Part shown: piece after piece, positions 26,753 to 32,000 of the stretch
Layout of the letters: every line of letters starts with the position of its first letter
Position numbering within the stretch: position 1 is the stretch's first letter
NCBI GenBank assembly: GCA_000025185.1
Contig: CP001848.1
Location: 1,020,001-1,052,000, forward strand
Source: Pirellula staleyi DSM 6068
GTDB lineage: Bacteria > Planctomycetota > Planctomycetia > Pirellulales > Pirellulaceae
DNA: 32,000 nt
Reading direction: 5' to 3'
The notes under the pieces: model-generated
What the model was told of the DNA's origin: nothing
The model's database searches: none
Seen by the model: the letters and a program-made list of their open reading frames with translations, nothing else
Translations under genes and position numbers: made by a program

Positions 26753-26817
26753 CGAGATCTCTCTCGCGGCGAACGAGGCCCCCAGTGATGTTTTTTCTCT
26801 TTGTTTTCGAGTGAATT

Positions 26818-27411
26818 ATGAACGTGCAGGCCGAAGCAGCGGCGCAGATCAAGAACTATGTCTGGTCGGGCTATTACGACGTCGAAGAGATTTTTATCGG
26901 CATCGTGGAAGATATTTTCGAGCCGGGTCAGATCGACGAAATCTGGGCGCGCAAGCAGATTGAATCCGAATTCGCCAAGAAGCGCGAAGCCGAAAAAACA
27001 TGGCCCGAAGAGACCGACTACGATCGCCTGAACGATGCCCTCGCGCTCCTCGAAGACGAAGGAATCTTAGCGCTTCAAAATGTGGCCAACACGCCGAGTG
27101 AAGGGCTCGATATCGTCGGCGAAATCTATGCCGAAGCGGGGGACGAAGAGTCGGGGCTTATCGGCTACTGCTTCTTCGACTGGCAAGATGTCGAGCATGT
27201 CCTGGCCGAGAAGCAGCTCTATCTCACGTTCGGCGCGATGGATGGTGAGGAGCAGAGTGGCATCGCCATTGGCGAGCGCGTGAAGCAGGTTCTCGAAGCG
27301 CACGACATGACAGTCGAGTGGAACGGCGAATTGAAGACGCGCATCGTCGTGCAGAACATCGAGTGGCAAGTCCGCCAGCAAGCACTCGAGGATGAAGCGA
27401 GCGAAGAATAA
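26818..27411 (+). CDS. acidic cytoplasmic hypothetical protein, DUF6891-like
   Basis: 197 aa and Asp/Glu-rich. Segments [28 protein letters not shown] and [28 protein letters not shown] resemble what I recall of DUF6891. The family assignment is from memory and unverified. Confidence 0.7.
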   Translation: MNVQAEAAAQIKNYVWSGYYDVEEIFIGIVEDIFEPGQIDEIWARKQIESEFAKKREAEKTWPEETDYDRLNDALALLEDEGILALQNVANTPSEGLDIVGEIYAEAGDEESGLIGYCFFDWQDVEHVLAEKQLYLTFGAMDGEEQSGIAIGERVKQVLEAHDMTVEWNGELKTRIVVQNIEWQVRQQALEDEASEE

Positions 27412-27434
27412 GCAAACGCGCTGGGTGTTTGCTT
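27410..27434. terminator. 8-bp hairpin spanning the 21-nt gap between convergent genes (both stop codons lie within the stem)
   Basis: AAGCAAAC (27410-27417) pairs with GTTTGCTT (27427-27434), with a 9-nt loop. There is no U-tract. Confidence 0.4.
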
Positions 27435-28485
27435 AGAGCGGGCCGTGCCAATCGCCCCGCGCGTGGAACTGGATGACGGCGTCGACCAGCTCGTCGGGAC
27501 CGTCGCGTAGCACGTCGCAGGCCGGCAGACCAAACTCGGCCTTCACCCGCGCCCGTTCCGCAGCAGCTTCCGCAGCGCTCACGCGGCGGCTGTTGATGCC
27601 GATCCCAATCACCTCGCACTTCTGGTGCAGGTTGGCCATCGTCTCAAACAGCTGCTTGTGGAGCGCCAGCGGCGGGATTTTGACACTCTCGACACCGGTC
27701 ACACACTCGCGACCAATCTCGTAGCACAACACGAGCGCTTGCGGAGCACAGCCGTGCAGCAAGCTGAGGGTGACGCCGCTGTACGACGGATGGACGAGGC
27801 TCCCCTGCCCTTCGACGAGCAGAATCTCGTGGTGCTGATGCTCGAGAATCATCTTCTCCGCCGCTCCCGAAACGAAGTCGGCCACCACACAGTCGAGCGG
27901 GAGTCCATCCCCTTCGATCATGATGCCGGTCTGTCCGGTGGCGATGAACTTCGCATCGCGGCCACGCCGTTTGAGGCCGTTGGCAATCTCGACCGACACC
28001 ACCATCTTGCCGATGCTGCAGTCGTGCCCGACGGTGTGAACTCGCAAGCAATCGGGGCGAATTCCTTTGCGGCGGGCGATCGTTTTCTCGTTATTCTTGC
28101 GGATGTCGATCAGCTTGGTGCCAGCCACTTTCGCAGCGGCAACAAACTCGGGATCGTCCGACAGAAAATCATGCAGCCCCGCCATCACATCCATTTTGCG
28201 GCGCGTGATGGCGTCGAGAATCACTCCCCGCCAGGCCTGCGGAATCTTCCCGCCAGGTGGGGCGATGCCGAGCACCAGCATGTTGGCTTCGGGCGCTTCG
28301 TCGAGCGTGCCAAAAATCGGCACATCACCACCGGTGCCGAGCAGTTCCCCGGCAGTCCGTCCGCGCTGCGTGCTATCGAGTAGTCCCACTACCTCTTCGC
28401 GCTTGTAGCGCACCAGATTCGCCGCCGTCTTTCCAGCGTGAGGTTCGGTATGACCTTCCGTCAAACAAAGCATGCGGCGTGGCAT
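27433..28485 (-). CDS. DUF1611 domain-containing protein (DgcN-like N-acetyltransferase family)
   Basis: MPRRMLCLTEGHTEPHAGKTAANLVRY...VLGIAPPGGK...HTVGHDCSIGKMV...LVEGQGSLVHPSYSGVTLSLLHG, typical of DUF1611. Confidence 0.85.
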   Translation of the reverse strand: MPRRMLCLTEGHTEPHAGKTAANLVRYKREEVVGLLDSTQRGRTAGELLGTGGDVPIFGTLDEAPEANMLVLGIAPPGGKIPQAWRGVILDAITRRKMDVMAGLHDFLSDDPEFVAAAKVAGTKLIDIRKNNEKTIARRKGIRPDCLRVHTVGHDCSIGKMVVSVEIANGLKRRGRDAKFIATGQTGIMIEGDGLPLDCVVADFVSGAAEKMILEHQHHEILLVEGQGSLVHPSYSGVTLSLLHGCAPQALVLCYEIGRECVTGVESVKIPPLALHKQLFETMANLHQKCEVIGIGINSRRVSAAEAAAERARVKAEFGLPACDVLRDGPDELVDAVIQFHARGDWHGPL

Positions 28486-28603
28486 AAAGGGACTGAACTT
28501 TCGCGCGTCACGAGTCTTGAAAAAGGTTTTGATAGAGAAGTATCGAACATGCTGCGGCTATCGGAACAGCCGCAGCGGAAGCGGTACGCAGGTCGCGAGC
28601 GAC

Positions 28604-29308
28604 TTACTTGGGGAGCGGCTCGCCAGCGACGATCGGGGCGAGACGCACTTTGCGCCAGCGGACTTCGAGGGGCTCTTCTTTCTTCCCCACGCCGTGCACT
28701 TGCAGGGCAATAAAACCCTTGGGTGTCAGCGAGTCCTTCAGGTCGGCCGCAGGGACATCGTTGATGAACGTCTTAATCGAGTCGCCGTTGCACTCGATTC
28801 GATACTTGTTCCATTCCCCCGACTTGAATGCTTTGCGAGCCGGTTCGTTGTTCTTCAGATCGAACAGCCAGCCGCGACGACCTTCGTCGTAGATACCGCC
28901 ACTGAAGCTGCGCGGGGAAGGATCGATTTCGACCTGATAGCCGTGCACACGATTCGCACCGACTTTGATCTTCTTCCCTTCGTAGTCGAACTCCATCGGC
29001 GACTCGAAATACTGGCTCCGAATCTGCACGCCGCTGTTGAGGGCCGGATCGACTTTGAACTCGAGCTCGAGCACAAAATTGTCGTACTCATTTTCGGTGC
29101 AAAGGAACGAGTTCGGTGTATTCGGCACGCTGCTGCCGACAATCTCTTCGTTCTCGACTTTGTAGTTGGCCTTGCCGCCGCGCTGCACCCAGCCGGTGAG
29201 ATCCTTGCCATTAAACAGATCGGTCCAAGGGGCTTCTGCTCGAATGGTCGAGGGAGCGAGGGAGCCGAGCACGAGCAGCGCAAGAGTGGTGAGGAACAAG
29301 TGTTTCAT
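28604..29308 (-). CDS. secreted DUF1080 (3-keto-disaccharide hydrolase-like, concanavalin-fold) protein
   Basis: Starting from the ATG at complement 29306-29308 gives signal peptide MKHLFLTTLALLVLGSLAPSTIRAEA, then PWTDLFNGKDLTGWVQRGGKANYKVENEEIVG...YDNFVLELEFKVDPALNSGVQIRS...GFIALQVHG. Confidence 0.85.
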   Translation of the reverse strand: MKHLFLTTLALLVLGSLAPSTIRAEAPWTDLFNGKDLTGWVQRGGKANYKVENEEIVGSSVPNTPNSFLCTENEYDNFVLELEFKVDPALNSGVQIRSQYFESPMEFDYEGKKIKVGANRVHGYQVEIDPSPRSFSGGIYDEGRRGWLFDLKNNEPARKAFKSGEWNKYRIECNGDSIKTFINDVPAADLKDSLTPKGFIALQVHGVGKKEEPLEVRWRKVRLAPIVAGEPLPK

Positions 29309-29432
29309 GGCGAGCCAATCTCCGGGAGAGGATGTACAGGGGGCAAGGAGCATAGCATCGCTTACGCGTCGCCGTTTTGGAAGTAGCGCGAGCGCCGGAG
29401 CGGCGGAGAGTCCCCCGCTAGGTCGGCGCAGC

Positions 29433-29487
29433 AAAAAAAGGGGCTGCAGTGGCCGGGATTTCACTCCCACCGCCGCAGACCCTTTTT
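29433..29487 (-). terminator. rho-independent terminator candidate after the DUF3467 gene (A7-stem-loop-T5, potentially bidirectional)
   Basis: GGGGCTGCAGTGG (29440-29452) pairs with CCACCGCCGCAGACCC (29467-29482): 10 Watson-Crick pairs, 1 wobble and 2 mismatches. It is flanked by AAAAAAA (29433-29439) and TTTTT (29483-29487), 80 nt downstream of the stop at 29566. Confidence 0.55.
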
Positions 29488-29565
29488 GGGATCTAGAGCG
29501 CACGCAACGAAACCGGGGGACGACGATGGTTCGCTAATCGCCCGAATTCGAAGGTGTGTCGCGAC

Positions 29566-29904
29566 TTACCGAATGCCAGGCTTGAGGCGCTTCTGAATGT
29601 CGGTCTCGAGCACGCCGAACACAGCCTCGTGACGCTGAATGCTGAGCGAGAGAGCGTGCAGCAAGCGCTTGGCGGTGTAGTAGTTCACGATCACGCGCTG
29701 CGTGACGGCGATCGGAGTCTTGGGCATTCCCACAGGCTGTGGGTTGAGACCGAAATCGATGATCAGTTCTTCTGGCGAGCCGGTGACGCGGCAGAAGTTG
29801 GCATAAGCAGCGGCAACGTGCGAATCATCGACGTCGACCTGCATGGCTTGTTGTGGAGCTGCCTTCACTTCTTCTACCACTGGATTTTCTACGTTCTCTG
29901 CCAT
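29566..29904 (-). CDS. DUF3467 domain-containing protein
   Basis: 112 aa. ...AAAYANFCRVTGSPEELIIDFGLNPQP...VTQRVIVNYYTAKRLLHALSLSIQRHEAVFG matches my recollection of DUF3467. A strong SD (GGAGGAAG) lies about 9 nt upstream. Confidence 0.8.
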   Translation of the reverse strand: MAENVENPVVEEVKAAPQQAMQVDVDDSHVAAAYANFCRVTGSPEELIIDFGLNPQPVGMPKTPIAVTQRVIVNYYTAKRLLHALSLSIQRHEAVFGVLETDIQKRLKPGIR

Positions 29905-29957
29905 CGTGCTAACTTCCTCCCTCTGCGCCGCCGAAGCGGCAAGGTTTGTTGGGCGCG

Positions 29958-30030
29958 GGCTTCACACCGCACCGCTATCGCATGCAACCGCAAATTTCAA
30001 TTGGTGATCGCCCGTTGTGGGTGTGAAGCC
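29958..30030. repeat. perfect 11-bp inverted repeat with 51-nt spacer in the leader region of the DUF3467 gene
   Basis: GGCTTCACACC (29958-29968) and GGTGTGAAGCC (30020-30030). Confidence 0.7.
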
Positions 30031-30137
30031 AGCCCACTAGCAATCAAGCAACTGTTAGTACCCAAAATCACTAGCACCAAGAGATCCGCAGCCAGTCAGG
30101 TCAGCTAGCGCTTGCGCCCAAACATGCCTGCCTATCT

Positions 30138-30172
30138 GCTGACAAATTTCTATCAACTTTCTGACGAATTTC
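30138..30172 (+). repeat. 13-nt direct repeat (1 mismatch) spaced 22 nt start-to-start: CTGACAAATTTCT / CTGACGAATTTCT
   Basis: Read directly at 30138-30150 and 30160-30172. A third CTGACAAT is at 30226-30233. Confidence 0.7.
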
Positions 30173-30315
30173 TTACAATCTACGGACGTTTTTGTCACTC
30201 ATTTGGCAACAATCGCTGCCAAGTTCCTGACAATCTCTGCAAGAGTTCTTCACAAGCTGGGCATCGATCGAAAGTGGCCGAGGCGACTCGCGACCCGTAA
30301 ATTCCGGTGTCGAAG

Positions 30316-32000
30316 TTACAACTCGAAGTGGAAGGTCTTCGCTAAAAAGCGGTAGAGACGTTTCCCGAGTGGTTGCCATCCTGTGTAAATTCTAGCCTGT
30401 CCTTGCTGACCAACTTGAACATTTCCGAGTGAATTTCCGAGCGGAGCTGTCGCCTGGTACGACGTATGTAACGGTCGTGCCATTCCTAGCGCGTCGGTAT
30501 AGGTATCGAGGCGTCCGCCCCCCTTGCTCGACGAACCGGCCGAAGCGACTTTCAGCTCGGTCGCGGCGATCTTTTCCACCTGGCTATCGAACGCTTCATA
30601 GGTGTGCGATTCGAGCAGCACACTCACCTGCTGATCCTTCCGGACGAGGTCGATGTACGACTGATCGATCACCATCACCGCTTCGAGGTTGCTGGTGTCC
30701 CCAATCACGCAGAGCAGATCGGTGGGGGTGAAGAGTGCGCCGACATTCCGCTCCGAGAGTGGGGTGCCGGTCCAAGTCTTCAGCCGACCTTCTTCACGAC
30801 CTGCTTTGGCAGGTCGACTCGGGGCGGGAATCACAACCCCAGCCACCGGCGCGGTGATGGTCAGCCGCTTCGATTCCTCGAGCCGCTCGTTATATTGCCG
30901 CTCGGCGGCTTGCAGCACTTGCTCGGCGGCTTCGATTTGGTCGACCGCCGTGCTATCGGTAAAGCGGAGTCGATAGAGCCCTTCGAGGGCGTTTTTGGCT
31001 TCATCGCGCTGCCCCTTGAGGCGGAGCAATTCGATTTCCATCTCGGGGTTATCAAGCCGCGCGAGAACGGTTCCCGCTTCCACTTTATCGCCCGGTTTCA
31101 CGAGCACTTCGAGCAGTGTGCCGGGGGTGCTCGCAAAGATCTGCACGAGCTCGCGAGGCTGCACTTCGCAGGCCGCTTTCACCGAGTACGGGAGCGGAAT
31201 GAACAGGAGCAGTCCCACCGCGCCAGCGACCGACGCAAGGGTGATGGCGACTCGTGTACGTTTCACTTTATTCATCCTCCCAGGGGCCCGGAAAAATTTC
31301 CACAGCTCCATGATGGGCTGAGCGACGAGCCCCACAAAACCCGACAGCGCGATGAGTTGTCCCACCGGCTTCAGACCAATCGGCTCGAAGACTTTGTTCA
31401 GAAAAAACAGAATCGAGAAGACCACCACCCAGCGATAGGCAACCGCCGCCACGGTGAACAGTGCAAAGGCCCAGCGATTCCCTTGCGGCAAGAAGGGGTT
31501 CTCGGGCTGCTCGATGCCGAGACACCAGTACAGCAGAAATCGCCGCGTAATCTCCGTCGCTTTTTGACGCAGGTTCGGGATTTCGAGCAAGTCCATCAGG
31601 ATGTAGTAGCCGTCGAAACGTAGCAGCGGATTGCCGTTGAACACGATCGTGCTGACCGAGCAGATGAACATCACGCTGAGCGCAATATGGTTGATCATCC
31701 CCGGTTCGCTGAACCACCAGACAAACGTGGCGACCGATGCTAAGAACAGCTCGACATACATCCCCGCTGCGCCGATGAACGCGCGGTGATATTTGTTGGG
31801 CAACATCCAGCTGTCGGAAACGTTGCAGTAGAGCGCCGGAGTGAAGACCAGCAGCATCGCGCCAAGTTCGTGGCATTCGCCGCCGTAGTGCTTGCACGAG
31901 AGTCCGTGCCCAAATTCGTGGAGCACCTTCACGCTCGCCATCGTGATCCCGAGCCAGATCCAGTTGCGTGGACCAAAGAACTCGTGAAACGCTGGCAGAC
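30316..32000 (-). CDS. fusion protein: M50 (site-2-protease-like) zinc metallopeptidase membrane domain + HlyD-type periplasmic adaptor; N-terminus beyond the window edge
   Basis: HEFGH is in a TM context, and a downstream NGNPLLRFDGYY (NxxPxxxxDG) motif marks M50. The frame stays open upstream of the listed Met to position 32000 (..LPAFHEFFGPRNWIWLGIT-MASVKVLHEFGH). The C-terminal half has the HlyD pattern: VKPGDKVEAGTVLARLD, a coiled coil, then APVAGVV. Confidence 0.85.
   Translation of the reverse strand, partial: LPAFHEFFGPRNWIWLGITMASVKVLHEFGHGLSCKHYGGECHELGAMLLVFTPALYCNVSDSWMLPNKYHRAFIGAAGMYVELFLASVATFVWWFSEPGMINHIALSVMFICSVSTIVFNGNPLLRFDGYYILMDLLEIPNLRQKATEITRRFLLYWCLGIEQPENPFLPQGNRWAFALFTVAAVAYRWVVVFSILFFLNKVFEPIGLKPVGQLIALSGFVGLVAQPIMELWKFFRAPGRMNKVKRTRVAITLASVAGAVGLLLFIPLPYSVKAACEVQPRELVQIFASTPGTLLEVLVKPGDKVEAGTVLARLDNPEMEIELLRLKGQRDEAKNALEGLYRLRFTDSTAVDQIEAAEQVLQAAERQYNERLEESKRLTITAPVAGVVIPAPSRPAKAGREEGRLKTWTGTPLSERNVGALFTPTDLLCVIGDTSNLEAVMVIDQSYIDLVRKDQQVSVLLESHTYEAFDSQVEKIAATELKVASAGSSSKGGGRLDTYTDALGMARPLHTSYQATAPLGNSLGNVQVGQQGQARIYTGWQPLGKRLYRFLAKTFHFEL

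Noticed and set aside
30202-30221. A sigma-54-like TTGGCAGCGATTGTTGCC (minus strand), also TTGGCAACAATCGCTGCC (plus strand).
   Set aside because: The GG-to-GC spacing is one nucleotide too long (N11 instead of N10), and sigma-54 promoters are intolerant of spacing changes. I read it instead as the inverted repeat TTGGCA-N8-TGCCAA.
30112-30300. A 62-aa plus-strand ORF in the AT-rich spacer.
   Set aside because: It has no SD and atypical composition. It lies in a region better explained as a regulatory spacer between two minus-strand genes.
30604-31623. A 339-aa plus-strand ORF antisense to the M50-HlyD gene.
   Set aside because: It is a shadow ORF. The minus-strand product has clear HExxH, NxxPxxxxDG and HlyD motifs.

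Overview
High-GC bacterial chromosomal segment. The gene content looks Planctomycetota-like: DUF1501, DUF1080, DUF3467, many large signal-peptide hypotheticals, and stand-alone dnaK and clpB. That taxonomic call is inference from content, not a search result. I call about 24 protein-coding genes, all read by eye from the ORF track and the raw sequence.

Housekeeping genes: clpB, dnaK, pheA (chorismate mutase/prephenate dehydratase), a NIF3-family gene, kdsD, kdsC, class II fructose-bisphosphate aldolase, an MDR-type quinone oxidoreductase, a TlpA-like thioredoxin and a membrane fatty-acid desaturase.

Family-level calls: DUF1501, DUF2726 plus a topoisomerase-type zinc ribbon, DUF1611, DUF1080, DUF3467, a DUF6891-like acidic protein and an M50-peptidase/HlyD fusion that runs off the right edge. 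Several secreted or lipoprotein hypotheticals remain unassigned.

I found no rRNA, tRNA, CRISPR array, transposase, integrase or phage gene. This is mostly core chromosome, not an obvious defence or mobile island.

Observations worth a second look:
1. Near-consensus sigma-54 (-24/-12) promoter elements sit upstream of both clpB and dnaK. They are the only two correctly spaced matches I found in the window.
2. A kdsD-kdsC operon is followed by a 1060-aa membrane-anchored protein with repeated LptA/OstA-like GNV motifs, in the position where E. coli has lptC-lptA.
3. A lone DUF2726 (PD-(D/E)xK-like) nuclease carries a Topo-I-type zinc ribbon.
4. The spacer downstream of dnaK is hairpin-dense and GGA-rich.
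5. A CTGACAA/TTGACA motif family recurs in two AT-rich intergenic regions.
6. clpB contains a candidate internal SD+GTG start equivalent to the one used for the short E. coli ClpB isoform.

All functional assignments are from motif recognition and would need HMM or BLAST confirmation.
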